Assembly (NCBI GenBank): GCA_963744995.1
Contig: CAVUWA010000011.1
Span: 256,001 to 320,000 of the forward strand
Direction of reading: 5' to 3'
DNA length: 64,000 bases
From: Candidatus Eiseniibacteriota bacterium
GTDB taxonomy: Bacteria; Eisenbacteria; RBG-16-71-46
Each line of letters begins with the position of its first letter. The stretch's first letter is position 1. The notes beneath the pieces were generated by a model. The model did no database searches. It was not told the origin of the DNA and saw only the letters and a list, made by a program, of their open reading frames with translations. A program made the translations under genes and the position numbers. Shown here in pieces: positions 1 through 13,209 of this stretch.

Positions 1-409
1 CCGGGCGCTTCGTGTCGCGCAGGTGCCGGGTGAACGCCTGCGTGATGAAGAACACGCCTTTGAGGTTCACGTCGAGCACCAGATCGTAGTCCTCCTCCGT
101 GACCTCCATGAACGGGGCGCGACGCTCGACGCCGGCGTTGTTCACCAGAACGTCGATGCGTCCCATCCTGCCGACCGCCTCCGCCACCACCCGTGCATCC
201 GCCGCGACGCGCGCCTGGTCACCGGCCACCACGCAGCCCTTGCGGCCGAGCGCGGTCACCTCCGCCAGCGTCTCCTCGGCGCGCCCGTCGTCGGCCCGGT
301 CGTGCACGACGATGTCCGCGCCCTCCCGCGCCAGCCGCACCGCGATCGCGCGGCCGATGCCCTGGCCGCTGCCCGTGACCATGGCGATCTTCCCTTCGAG
401 TCTCATCAT
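1..409 (-). CDS. SDR family oxidoreductase (3' end outside the window)
   Basis: Read manually: MMRLEGKIAMVTGSGQGIGRAIA...DVLVNNAG, i.e. TGxxxGIG and NNAG motifs; RBS AAAGGA. Confidence 0.9.
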   Translation of the reverse strand, partial: MMRLEGKIAMVTGSGQGIGRAIAVRLAREGADIVVHDRADDGRAEETLAEVTALGRKGCVVAGDQARVAADARVVAEAVGRMGRIDVLVNNAGVERRAPFMEVTEEDYDLVLDVNLKGVFFITQAFTRHLRDTKRP

Positions 410-580
410 GTCCTTTCGCTCCGGCCGGCTCCATGCCGCGGCGCCGCGGGCGCGGCGCCACGGGTTCGAGCATTACCACATCGGCCACGGCGCGACGTTC
501 GCAGCGCGTCCGCACGCGTGCCGGGACCGCGGACGGCGGTGTTCGGCGGGCCCCGTGCGGCCCGACACCGGCACGCACGC

Positions 581-615
581 ACGAAGGCCCCGGGGCTCGC
601 GCCCCGGGGCCTCGT
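581..615 (-). terminator. GC-rich hairpin downstream of groEL, likely intrinsic terminator
   Basis: AGGCCCCGGGGC-loop-GCCCCGGGGCCT inverted repeat about 27 nt after the groEL stop. Confidence 0.65.
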
Positions 616-641
616 GCTACCGCTTGGATGACGTCGATCGA

Positions 642-2711
<2,070 letters not shown>

Positions 2712-2749
2712 TCACATGCGAACGCTTCTGGCGCCCGCAAGACTCTCGC

Positions 2750-2778
2750 AATATCGAGGAGACGCGCGCGCAGGTCAA
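2750..2778 (-). promoter_or_regulatory. Putative sigma70-type promoter of groES-groEL
   Basis: TTGACC-17 nt-GATATT on the minus strand. Confidence 0.5.
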
Positions 2779-2978
2779 GGAGGACCGTGAATTGCGGGCT
2801 TGGTTCGCAACTCGTTTACAATCAGCATCTTATGATTTCGGGTCGGGGTCCGCCTCCAGCGCCTTTGTCAAAATGACACGCAACGGCTGGCGATATCGTG
2901 GCGCGGTCGGTGGGGGATGACCGCGGCGCATGGCGGGTGGCGCGCCGCGGGAGCGACGCGACGCGAGGCTGCGGGTGG

Positions 2979-3830
2979 CTACTCGGTCGACTCGAACAGC
3001 GAGGGCCGGGCGACGCCGTCCAGGTAGCCCATGCTCACCGAGCCCGCCACCTGGAGCTTCTCGTTCCGGTACGGCCTGCGCGTGCGCGAGAACACGACGA
3101 TCGTATCGCGTCCCTGCTGCAGGTAGAACGCGAAGGCGCCGCCGACTTCGTACACGTCGCCGACGCGGCCCTTCACGCGCACCGTCGTTCCGTCGAAGCG
3201 CTCGGGGTGTTCGCGGATGCTGTGGATCGACACGGTCGGCTCGCTGCGTGGCCACATGAACCACGCCACCACCGCCAGCAGCACGGCGAGCATGCCGAGC
3301 TGCAGCACGCGGCTGGTCTGGAGCGCATCGGCCGCGATCGCCCACCACGGCTCGTCGAGCCTGGCGCGCCGCGTGAGGGGAGCGGCCGGCGCGCGGGTCT
3401 GGACGAGCGGATCGTCCGTGCCGGCGCTGCGCGCATCGAACGGCAGATCGTCGAGCGGCGGGCCCTCGCGCGCTTCCGGGCCCGCATCCTGGCCGGCACC
3501 GGCCCACGCGGGCGCGGCGGGCCTGCCGGGCGGTGCGGCGCTCGGGGCGCTACCGGTGCCTTCGACGCGCTGCAGGCGCGGCACGCTGCTGGCCGCCGCC
3601 TTCCACGCCTGCGGCTTCACGGGTTTCTTCGCGGCGCCGGCGGCGCCGGGGCTCTCGCCGCCGGCCGGCTGCACGAGCTTGAGGTGCGGCGACGGCTCAT
3701 GGCCACGGGCCTGTTCCGACTGCGCCCCCTCTTCGGCGCCGACCAGCCAGTCGGGTCGCTCCGCCGCGGGCTCTGCCGGCTCGGGCGGCCGCTGGGACTC
3801 GAAGACGTCTGGGGATTCTGCGTCGGACAT
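2979..3830 (-). CDS. Hypothetical bitopic membrane protein: Pro/Ala-rich N-terminus, one TM helix, C-terminal OB-fold-like domain
   Basis: LGMLAVLLAVVAWFMW TM, then IREHPERFDGTTVRVKGRV...LQVAGSV; RBS GGGAG. Confidence 0.7.
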   Translation of the reverse strand: MSDAESPDVFESQRPPEPAEPAAERPDWLVGAEEGAQSEQARGHEPSPHLKLVQPAGGESPGAAGAAKKPVKPQAWKAAASSVPRLQRVEGTGSAPSAAPPGRPAAPAWAGAGQDAGPEAREGPPLDDLPFDARSAGTDDPLVQTRAPAAPLTRRARLDEPWWAIAADALQTSRVLQLGMLAVLLAVVAWFMWPRSEPTVSIHSIREHPERFDGTTVRVKGRVGDVYEVGGAFAFYLQQGRDTIVVFSRTRRPYRNEKLQVAGSVSMGYLDGVARPSLFESTE

Positions 3831-3990
3831 GATTCTCCCGGGAGGGGGTTCGGACCGGGTTATCGGCGGCCGGCGCCGGCGCGTTTAGGCGATTTCGCCC
3901 GGCGGCGTCTGCCCGGGGCCGCGGCGCGGGGCCGGCGCCGGAGCGGCCGGTGCGGCGCGGAAGCCGGTGCGGCCGCTCGCGTCCGGTCTC

Positions 3991-5343
<1,353 letters not shown>

Positions 5344-5439
5344 GGCGCGCTTCCGTTCGGCGGGCGGCCGCGGGCCGGCGGCGCGGCCACGCGGCGCAGA
5401 AAGGGGGAGGCGCCGCGGCGAACCGCGGCGCCTGCGCCG

Positions 5440-5919
5440 CTATTTCAGGGTCTTCAGGATCTCGACGACCTTCTCGATGCTCGGGATGCCCTCGATCTCG
5501 CCGGGCGCGGCGCTCACGTCCTTGTAGACGAGCCGGCCCTGCTTGTCGACGACGAAGATGGCGCGTCCCGACGTGCGGTATTTCTCGTTGTACACGCCGT
5601 ACGCGCGGGCGGCGTCGTGGGTCCAGTCCGAGAGCAGCATGAAGGAGAGCCGCAGGTGTTTCGCGAACGCCGTGTTGGCGAAGTGGCTGTCGACGCTGAT
5701 CCCGAGCACGACGGCGTCACTGGCTTCGATGCGCGGCAGCGCGGCCTGGACCTCGGGCAGCTGGTGCGAGCACGTGCCCGAGAAGGCCAGCGGGTAGAAC
5801 ACCAGGACGACGTTCCTGTCGCCTGCGTATTCGGAGAGCGTCACCGGCTGGCCGCCGGGGCCCCTGAGCTTGAAGTCGGGAGCGACCTGCCCGACGTCCG
5901 GCGAGGCGGTCGTGGTCAT
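5440..5919 (-). CDS. Peroxiredoxin (AhpE/BCP-like, 1-Cys)
   Basis: VGQVAPDF, FYPLAFSGTC (PxxxS/TxxC), GISVDS, RAIFVVDKQG. Confidence 0.92.
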   Translation of the reverse strand: MTTTASPDVGQVAPDFKLRGPGGQPVTLSEYAGDRNVVLVFYPLAFSGTCSHQLPEVQAALPRIEASDAVVLGISVDSHFANTAFAKHLRLSFMLLSDWTHDAARAYGVYNEKYRTSGRAIFVVDKQGRLVYKDVSAAPGEIEGIPSIEKVVEILKTLK

Positions 5920-6023
5920 GCGGATCCTCCGTCTGCGAATGGGCGCGATGGGCGCGGCCGCAAACTCCATTACTGAAGCCCGGCCGGCGGCGTCAACCCC
6001 GCCGGGTTCGATGCGGCGGCGGC

Positions 6024-6668
6024 CTACGCGGTTTTCGGCCCCGGCGCCACCGGATCGGCCGCGCCGGGGCCGGCGGGCAGGTCGGGCATGCGCCTGAGCA
6101 CGTCCTGGCTCGCCGCGGCGAGCTCCATGAGCGAGCGCACGCCACGGTCACGCTCCCAGCGCTCGGCCAGCACCACGAGCAGCAGCGCGGTGGTCGTCGC
6201 ATCGGGCAGCGCGCGGTGGCGCTCCATGCGCTGAATGCCGAGGCGCTGTGCGAGCTGGCCCAGCGAGTGCCCGCCGCGCACGTCGAGCCCGCGGGCGAGC
6301 CCGAGCGTGTCGATCACCGGCTGCGCCAGCGGCGGCCGACCGCCCGCGCGCATCAGCGCCTGGAGGAACGGGAGATCGAAGCGCGCGTGATGGAAGACCA
6401 GCGGCCGCGTGCCGACTTCCGCCTCGAGCGCGGTCGCGACCGCCCCGGGATCCGGCGCGTCGCGTACCATGTCGGCGGTGATGCCGTGCACCGCCGTGGC
6501 CTCGGCCGGAATCCGCCGGCGGGGGCGCACGAGGCTCGACCAGCCCTCGCCCACGACGCCGTCGTCGAGCCGCACCGAAGCGACCTCGAGAATCGAGTGG
6601 CCGTCCGCGAACAGTCCGGTCGTCTCGGTGTCGATCGCCCGCAGCTCGTGTCCGGTGAGGATCGGCAC
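6024..6668 (-). CDS. DEDDh 3'-5' exonuclease (DnaQ/epsilon-like); start uncertain
   Basis: IDTETTG, VHGIT, HHARFDLPFL, DTL, HRALPDA motifs. Confidence 0.88.
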   Translation of the reverse strand: MPILTGHELRAIDTETTGLFADGHSILEVASVRLDDGVVGEGWSSLVRPRRRIPAEATAVHGITADMVRDAPDPGAVATALEAEVGTRPLVFHHARFDLPFLQALMRAGGRPPLAQPVIDTLGLARGLDVRGGHSLGQLAQRLGIQRMERHRALPDATTTALLLVVLAERWERDRGVRSLMELAAASQDVLRRMPDLPAGPGAADPVAPGPKTA

Positions 6669-6751
6669 CGGCGTCAGGGTCGAGCCGCGGCCGGGCGGGC
6701 GGCGACCCGCGCCGTGGTCCCGGGGACGCGCCGGGCGCCCGCCGCCAAGGC

Positions 6752-7270
6752 CTAGTGCTCCCGGGCGGCGTCGGCCTTCTTCGCGAATTCCTGGAAGTCG
6801 ACCCCGCGGTCCATGTGACCGTCGCCGATGAATTCGAGCAGCAGCAGGAAGCGGTCGGCGGGAATGTAGCCCGGCACGTTGACGATGTGGTCGCCGTTCG
6901 GGCGCAGGAAGATCGTCGTCGGGTAGCCGGTGACCCGGAATCCCGAGGCGATCGTGCGCGAGGTCAGCGACTTGCCGCGATAGGTCGCAGGTTCGGCGGA
7001 TTCGGCGTTGAGCTTCACCGCGACGAAGCGCTTCGCGAGGGCCGCGCGCACATCGGGGCGCGAATAGACGTCGCGCTCCATGCGCCGGCACCAGCCGCAC
7101 CAGTCGGTGTAGACGTCCACGAGCACCGGCTTGCCTTTCGCGCCCGCCTCGCTGAGGCCGTCGTCCCATCCGTGCCAGGCCGCATCCCCGGCGGCGCGCG
7201 CGGGGGCCGCGAAGGCCAGCGCGGCGAGCGCGAACAGGACGATGGGGAGACCGGTGCGTTGCAGGGTCAT
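6752..7270 (-). CDS. Exported thioredoxin-fold protein (SoxW-like)
   Basis: Signal peptide, YTDWCGWCRRM, GYPT cis-Pro loop. Confidence 0.9.
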   Translation of the reverse strand: MTLQRTGLPIVLFALAALAFAAPARAAGDAAWHGWDDGLSEAGAKGKPVLVDVYTDWCGWCRRMERDVYSRPDVRAALAKRFVAVKLNAESAEPATYRGKSLTSRTIASGFRVTGYPTTIFLRPNGDHIVNVPGYIPADRFLLLLEFIGDGHMDRGVDFQEFAKKADAAREH

Positions 7271-7406
7271 GCGAAGCTCCTCGGGTGGGCGATGCGCCGA
7301 CGAAGTGTAGCACGGGCGGAGCGCGCGGCGCGGGGCCGCCCGCAGCCCTCCATCGGATGCCGCCCGCCGCTGCGGGGGTTCGCGCGGCGCCGGCGCGCCG
7401 ACCGGC

Positions 7407-8249
7407 TCAACCCCGGTCGAAGGCGTGGTGGCGCAGCGTGCCGCCGGGGTCGGCGGGATCGAACCACACGGCGCTCAGGTGCGCTGCGCCGAACTGGCCC
7501 GGATTCACCACCACAGTCCGCCCGATCGCGTCGCGCCAGGCCGAGGTCATGCGCGGCGACTCGTGGATGTGCCCGCTCAGGACGAGCGGCGGCTGGTGCG
7601 CATCGACGAACGCACGCAACGCGCGCGAGCCGACGTGGACGCGCACGTGCACGACGTCGCACAGAGTGTCGCGCGGAGGCGAGTGGCTCACGTAGATCGT
7701 GCGCTGCGGATCCGAGTGCGCCGCCAGGGCCGCCAGCGCCTCCGCGATCGTCGGCGCGCGGTGCGTCACGTCGAACACGTACTCGCGCAGTGTGCCGTCG
7801 CGGCTGACCAGCCCGTCGAGCCGCAGCGGCTGCTCCTCGGCGCCGTCGTCCCAGCGTTCCCAGTCCTTGATCCGGAACGGGGTGATCGGCACCCACGACA
7901 GTCCGGCGACCGTCACGCCGTCCACCTCGACGCAGCGCTCGTGCAGGTAGTGCCAGAGCTCGCCGTCGCCCGCCGCAAGCACGTCCTCGTTCACTGCCCA
8001 GTCGTCGTTGCCCATCAGGACGAGCAGCCGCGTCCCCGGCGACGCATCGCGGATGCGGCGCGCGAATTCGACGAAGAACCCCTGCATGAACACGCGCTGG
8101 CGCGCGGGGCCGGCGGCGTCCGCGGCGTGCGGACACAGGTCCCCGCCGAGCAGAATCGCCGGTGGCCGCTGCGCGGCGGCGATCACGACCACCTGCTCGT
8201 AGAGCGCGAGCTGGCCATGCAGGTCGGACGTGAAGAACCAGTCGGGCAC
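7407..8249 (-). CDS. Calcineurin-like metallophosphoesterase
   Basis: SDLHG, GGDL, MGNDD, HSPP, SGHIHE; RBS GGAGG before GTG. Confidence 0.88.
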   Translation of the reverse strand: MPDWFFTSDLHGQLALYEQVVVIAAAQRPPAILLGGDLCPHAADAAGPARQRVFMQGFFVEFARRIRDASPGTRLLVLMGNDDWAVNEDVLAAGDGELWHYLHERCVEVDGVTVAGLSWVPITPFRIKDWERWDDGAEEQPLRLDGLVSRDGTLREYVFDVTHRAPTIAEALAALAAHSDPQRTIYVSHSPPRDTLCDVVHVRVHVGSRALRAFVDAHQPPLVLSGHIHESPRMTSAWRDAIGRTVVVNPGQFGAAHLSAVWFDPADPGGTLRHHAFDRG

Positions 8250-8524
8250 GCGGCGCCTCCGGAGGCCGTGGGTCAGGACGGGGCCCCAATCTAGCCCGCG
8301 CGACGGGGTCACGCCACCGCCCGGGCGGCGTGCGCGATCGCGTCGTGATGTCACCTGATTGTGAATCACGAGGCGGCCGGGGCGTTCGTGCGCCCGCGCG
8401 CACGATCGGCGCCCGGAATCCGCTTGACCCTTCCGCCGCGCGCTCCGGATACTCTTTACCCGCGTCTCGCGCCATGCCATGTGCGGGCGCGGCTTGCCTC
8501 GAAGTCGCTCCCGAAAGGATGACC

Positions 8525-9700
8525 ATGCTTCGGATTCCGATCCTGCGCGCCGCCGTCATGGCGGCCGCGCTCGCCGTCGTCGTTTTCGCTCCGCCGTCTG
8601 GGACCGCCCCGGCGGCCTCCGACAACCTGCTGCTCAACGGCGACATGGAAGCGCCGCTTCCCGGCCACCCGTGGATGCCGGCCGCCTGGGACACCTCGGT
8701 CTCCGGGCTGCCGTCCGTGTTCTTCGGGCGCGACACGTTCCTCGTCCACGGCGGCAGGTACTCGCTCAACGTCGCCAACGCGAGCACGATCTTCAAGATG
8801 TCGCACAACTGGCACCAGGCGTTGCTGGTGACGCCCGACATGTGGGGCAAGGACGCCGTGCTGTCCGTGTGGACGCGCAGCAACGGCGTCGATGGCCGCG
8901 GCTACGTGCTGCTGCAGGCCTATCGCGACACCATTTCGAAGATGGCGAAGATCTGGAACGTCCCGCGCGAGCAGGCGCGGGAGACGCTGCACATCAACAA
9001 GATCGACGATCCGCTCATCGACTTCGGCTGGAAGCGCGTCTCGTTCTCGGAGCCCGAGACCGACTGGGTGCGCCGCGACCTGCGGGTCTACATCGCGCCC
9101 TCGACGAACATGCTGTTCGTGCGGCTCGGCATCATGGGCACCGGCCAGGTGATGTTCGACGACGCGCGGCTGACGACCGAGCCGGCCGGGCCCGCCGCGC
9201 CGCCGCCGCTCATGACCAACCTGCTCGCCGATCCGAGCTTCGAAGGCACCGGTGACGACTGGGAGTTCTCGACTCCGCCGTTCGAGAACATGTTCGTCGG
9301 CATCGTGAAGGGCGTGGCGAACACGGGGAATCAGAGTGCCGGCGTCTGGGGCGGTCTCGGCAGCCTGGTCGAGGCGCGCGCCGGCGTGTGCCAGCCGATC
9401 CCCGCCCGCAACCTGCAGGGCATGCGCGTGCGCCTGACCAGCCACGTGAAGACCGACAGCCTGAAAGGGCTCGCCTACATCAAGCTCTACGCCAATACGC
9501 TGCACGGCGTGGAGCATCCGCCGACGCCGAAGCAGTTCTCGGTCACCAACGACTGGACCGAAACGAGCCTCGAAATGGACGTGCCGAAGGACACCTACAA
9601 CCTGTGGGCGTGGTCCGTGCTCAATGCGCCGGCGGCGGGAAAGGTGTATTTCGACGACATGACGCTCGAGGTCCTGGGACCGGCCACCAAGAAGCCCTGA
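8525..9700 (+). CDS. Secreted protein with two tandem CBM4/9-like (galactose-binding fold) domains
   Basis: Signal peptide; two repeats starting NLLLNGDME / NLLADPSFE and ending VMFDDARL / VYFDDMTL. Confidence 0.75.
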   Translation: MLRIPILRAAVMAAALAVVVFAPPSGTAPAASDNLLLNGDMEAPLPGHPWMPAAWDTSVSGLPSVFFGRDTFLVHGGRYSLNVANASTIFKMSHNWHQALLVTPDMWGKDAVLSVWTRSNGVDGRGYVLLQAYRDTISKMAKIWNVPREQARETLHINKIDDPLIDFGWKRVSFSEPETDWVRRDLRVYIAPSTNMLFVRLGIMGTGQVMFDDARLTTEPAGPAAPPPLMTNLLADPSFEGTGDDWEFSTPPFENMFVGIVKGVANTGNQSAGVWGGLGSLVEARAGVCQPIPARNLQGMRVRLTSHVKTDSLKGLAYIKLYANTLHGVEHPPTPKQFSVTNDWTETSLEMDVPKDTYNLWAWSVLNAPAAGKVYFDDMTLEVLGPATKKP

Positions 9701-9824
9701 CCTTCGGGGCGCGAAACGGTGCGATGAGCGGCCCCGGCGCGGCGCGAATCGGGTGGCGCCGGGGCCGTTGCACCGTGACGCACGAATCCGCCGGCGCCCG
9801 GTCCCGGCTTTCGTCCCTCAATCC

Positions 9825-9854
9825 TTGACACTCCTGCGCGGAGGAGCGGACACT
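9825..9854 (+). promoter_or_regulatory. Putative promoter of the intergenic RNA
   Basis: Perfect TTGACA at 9825-9830 followed by a weak -10 (GACACT). Confidence 0.45.
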
Positions 9855-9874
9855 TCCGGGTGCAGTCGGGCAGA

Positions 9875-10065
9875 AAGATCTCCTTGGCAGGGAGCTTTCC
9901 TTCCGGACCCGGGTCGCCGTTCGCTGCACGGTGATCGCCACGACTCCCGCGGAGGCTCGCAAGCGAGGCGAGACGACGTCGGGGGCGAGGTCACGGGAAT
10001 GGGGCTGCGTTGGTGTCCGGGTCGCTGAGCCCGGAGCGACACCCTATCGGATGCCAGAGGGGCGA
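9875..10065 (+). ncRNA. Probable 6S-like structured RNA
   Basis: About 190 nt with no credible ORF; closing stem CUCCUUGGCA/UGCCAGAGGGG, CCGGAC/GUCCGG, GUGAUCGCC/GGCGAGGUCAC, hairpin GUCGCU/AGCGAC; promoter upstream and terminator downstream. Confidence 0.55.
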
Positions 10066-10097
10066 ACCCCCCTCCACTCCTGACATCCCCCGTTCAG

Positions 10098-10132
10098 GCG
10101 CGGGGCCCTCCGGGGCCCCGCACCCGTTTTTT
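10098..10132 (+). terminator. Intrinsic terminator
   Basis: GCGGGGCCC-TCCG-GGGCCCCGC followed by ACCCGTTTTTT. Confidence 0.8.
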
Positions 10133-11052
10133 CAGGGTCGGGCCGTCGCGCCGGCATGGGCGGCGATCGCCACGCGCGCCGTCGTCGCATGGATGCGCAC
10201 GGTGTCCCGGACGTCGCGCGCGTAGCCGCCGCCGAGCGTCACCACCGCCGGAACGCCGCGCGCCGCGCAGCCCCCGAGCACCGCCCGGTCGCGGCGTTCG
10301 AGTCCGTCGAACGACAGCGCCAGCCCGCCGAGTTGATCGTGCACGTAGGGATCCGCGCCGGCCTGGTAGAGCACCAGTTCGGGCGCCGCCGCCCACACCC
10401 GCTCCAGCGCCCCGGCGAGGGCCTGCAAATAGGCGTCGTCGCCGGTGCCGTCGTCGAGGCCGACGTCGAGGTCGCTGTTCTCCTTGAACGCGGGATAGTT
10501 CCGCGCCTGGTGGATCGACAGCGTGAACACGCTGTCGTCGCCTTCGAATATGCGGGCCGTGCCGTTGCCCTGATGGACGTCGAGGTCGACGACCGCGGCG
10601 CGCACGATGCGCCCTTCGTGCTGCATCACGCGGATCGCGACCGCGAGGTCGTTCACGTAGCAGAAGCCCTCCGCCCGGGCGGCGAAGGCATGGTGGAATC
10701 CGCCGCCCAGATGCACCGCCGCCATGCCGTCCAGGGCGGCGCGCGCCGCGTCGATCGTGCCGCCGGCGGCCAGCCGGTAGGCATCGGAGATCGCCTCGCT
10801 GAGCGGCAGCTCCGAGTACATCGTGCGCGGCGTCCAGCGCAGCTGCTCGAGGTCGTCGAGATAGTCCGCCGCATGCACGAGCCCGAGCGCCTCGCGCGCG
10901 GGCATGCGCGGCTCCGCCACGTCGCCTGGCCGGATCGCGCCGGCGGCGAGCAGTGCGTCGAGGGTCATGCGGTACTTGGCCGTCGGGAATACGTGGCGGC
11001 CGATGTCGCAGGCGTAGCGATCGGAGTGGAGCACGCGGACGCGAGGGGGCAT
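10132..11052 (-). CDS. Histone deacetylase family protein
   Basis: HVFPTAKY, GGGFHHA, GFCYVND, DLDVHQGNGT, GADP, GGGY. Confidence 0.95.
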   Translation of the reverse strand: MPPRVRVLHSDRYACDIGRHVFPTAKYRMTLDALLAAGAIRPGDVAEPRMPAREALGLVHAADYLDDLEQLRWTPRTMYSELPLSEAISDAYRLAAGGTIDAARAALDGMAAVHLGGGFHHAFAARAEGFCYVNDLAVAIRVMQHEGRIVRAAVVDLDVHQGNGTARIFEGDDSVFTLSIHQARNYPAFKENSDLDVGLDDGTGDDAYLQALAGALERVWAAAPELVLYQAGADPYVHDQLGGLALSFDGLERRDRAVLGGCAARGVPAVVTLGGGYARDVRDTVRIHATTARVAIAAHAGATARP

Positions 11053-11254
11053 GGCGGAATCGTGGGCCAACCGGCGTGGTCGCGCAACGGGCACGACGGC
11101 GGCCAGGGCCGCCGCGGCATCCCGCCGCGGCGCCGCAGCTCCGCGGCGCGAGCGGCAGTGCCGGCCGCACGCGGGCTGCGCCTGACAACTCCATGTGGTC
11201 CGGGCGCCGAGCGCCCCTGCCGCGCCCGCACGGCCTCGGCTACAATATGGCCCC

Positions 11255-12472
11255 ATGTCTCACCCCCTCCCTGTATCGCGGGCGGCGTTCCGGCGCCTCG
11301 AGCGGAACCTTGCCCGGCGCCGCTTCGCCGCGATCGATCCGCTGCTGCGCGTCGAGGTCGCGGCGCTCGCGGCCCTCGGCGCCGGCTTCGTGTTCTGGCA
11401 GGTCCGCGTCCCGCTCGATGCGCAGGTGCGCGACGCCGGGCCGATCGCTTTCGTGGTGGCGGCCGGCGTGACGTGGGCCTTCCTCGGCCTGCTCGCGGCC
11501 GCCCTGGCCGGGGCGCGGCTCGGTGCGGCGCTGCGCAGTGCGCCGGCCGGGCCGACGTGGCTGCACCTGCCGCTGCCGCCCGCGGCGATCGAACGCCACC
11601 TGGCCTGGAACGCGGTGGGACAGGCCGTGCCGCTCGGGATCGCCGGCGCGGGGTTCCTCGCCGCAGGCGTCGGGCTCGTTCCGGCGTTCTGGCTGCCGCT
11701 CCTCGGAGCCGCCGGCGCGATGGTGATCTATGCGGGCGCGCGGATCGGCTGCCGGGTCGCGGTGCGGTGGGTGGCGCGGGGCGGACGGCCCGGCTTCGCG
11801 CCGATCGTGCGCGCGCTGACGCTGCGTCACGAGGCCCGCGTGGCCGGCCGCCTGCCGGCCGCCGCCTGGGGCCGTGCCGCGGCATGGCGGGCGATCTTCC
11901 GCAAGGATCGTCGCTGGCTTACGCGCCCCACGCGTGCGCGGCGAATCCTGCCGGCGGCGCTCGGCTTCGCGCTGCTCTCGCTGCTGGCGTGGCGGCTGCC
12001 GGTCGAGCTGCACGCCGCGCGCTTCGGCGCGTTCGCGCTCGCACTGCTCGCCGCCGGCGCGTTCGCGGAATGGCTCATCGAGCTGACCTCTTCGGACCCG
12101 TTCGCGGTGCTCCGCTCCCTGCCGCTCGGCCTGGGCGACGTCTGGGCGGCGCGGGCCGCGTGGGTCGCGGCCGGGGCGTCCGCTCTCGTGCTCGCGCACG
12201 CGATCGCCGGCGCCGGGATCCCCGCTGGAGCCAATCCGGTGTTCCTGATCTGGCTGCTGCTCGCCAGCCTGTGCATCGGCCTGCTCGGGGTCCATTACGG
12301 CATCACGCTGTTCCCGCAGGGTGACGTCGCGACCCGGATGCTCGCGCTCTCGCTCGGGCTCGCGGTGGCGGCGAGCATCATGATCCCGATGGTCGGCTGG
12401 CTGCTGCTGCTCACGGCCGTTCTGCACTCCATGCGCCGGCTGCCGCGCTGGTCGCGGCTCGAGGACCTGTAG
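11255..12472 (+). CDS. Integral membrane protein, probable ABC exporter permease
   Basis: Many hydrophobic segments in two halves; stop overlaps the ATPase start. Confidence 0.7.
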   Translation: MSHPLPVSRAAFRRLERNLARRRFAAIDPLLRVEVAALAALGAGFVFWQVRVPLDAQVRDAGPIAFVVAAGVTWAFLGLLAAALAGARLGAALRSAPAGPTWLHLPLPPAAIERHLAWNAVGQAVPLGIAGAGFLAAGVGLVPAFWLPLLGAAGAMVIYAGARIGCRVAVRWVARGGRPGFAPIVRALTLRHEARVAGRLPAAAWGRAAAWRAIFRKDRRWLTRPTRARRILPAALGFALLSLLAWRLPVELHAARFGAFALALLAAGAFAEWLIELTSSDPFAVLRSLPLGLGDVWAARAAWVAAGASALVLAHAIAGAGIPAGANPVFLIWLLLASLCIGLLGVHYGITLFPQGDVATRMLALSLGLAVAASIMIPMVGWLLLLTAVLHSMRRLPRWSRLEDL

Positions 12473-13209
12473 TGCTCTCGATCGACGGCCTCTCACGCCG
12501 TTACGGCGCGCGGGTCGCGCTCGACGGCGTCTCGCTCGACGTTCCGCGCGGCCGCATCGTCGGCCTGCTCGGCGCCAACGGCGCGGGCAAGAGCACGCTC
12601 ATCCGCACCACCGCGGGGCTGCAGCCGCCCGATGCGGGGCGCGTGTCGGTCGACGGCGTCGACCTCTGGGCGCATCCCGCCGAGGCCAAGCGCGCGCTCG
12701 GCTACGCGCCGGAGGCGCCGTCGTTCTACGAAGAGCTGTCCGCTGCGGAGTACCTTTCGTTCCTCGCCGAGGTGCGCGGGCTCGATCCCGCCGCGGCGCG
12801 GACCGACACCGCCCGCTGGTTCGAGCGCTTCGGCCTCGACGACCGCGCCGACGAGCCGGTGCGGCGCTTTTCCTACGGGATGCGCAAGAAGCTCTCGTTC
12901 GCGGCCGCGATCCTGCACGCGCCGCGCGTGCTGCTCTGCGACGAGGCGCTGGAAGGGTTCGACGCCGGTGCGGCGCTCGCCGCCAAGCAGGCGTTGCGCG
13001 GGCTCGCGGCGGACGGCTGTGCGATCCTGTTCTCGAGCCACGTCACGGAAACGATCGAACGCCTGTGCGATCGCGTCGTCATCCTTCACGAGGGCCGCGT
13101 GGCCCGCCAGCTCGACCGCGACGACTGGGGCGGCGCGGCCCAGGAGCTGTCGCCCCTCGAGCGCCAGTTTCTCGACATTCTCGAACCCTCATCGGAGGTC
13201 ACGGCATGA
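12472..13209 (+). CDS. ABC transporter ATP-binding protein (ABC-2 type)
   Basis: GANGAGKST, FSYGMRKK, LLCDE, SSH. Confidence 0.95.
   Translation: MLSIDGLSRRYGARVALDGVSLDVPRGRIVGLLGANGAGKSTLIRTTAGLQPPDAGRVSVDGVDLWAHPAEAKRALGYAPEAPSFYEELSAAEYLSFLAEVRGLDPAAARTDTARWFERFGLDDRADEPVRRFSYGMRKKLSFAAAILHAPRVLLCDEALEGFDAGAALAAKQALRGLAADGCAILFSSHVTETIERLCDRVVILHEGRVARQLDRDDWGGAAQELSPLERQFLDILEPSSEVTA

Noticed and set aside
9890..9916. Minus-strand GGTCCGGAAGGAAAGC resembling the SRP RNA loop
   Set aside because: Lacks the conserved CAGG...AGCAG internal loop; promoter and terminator point to a plus-strand transcript
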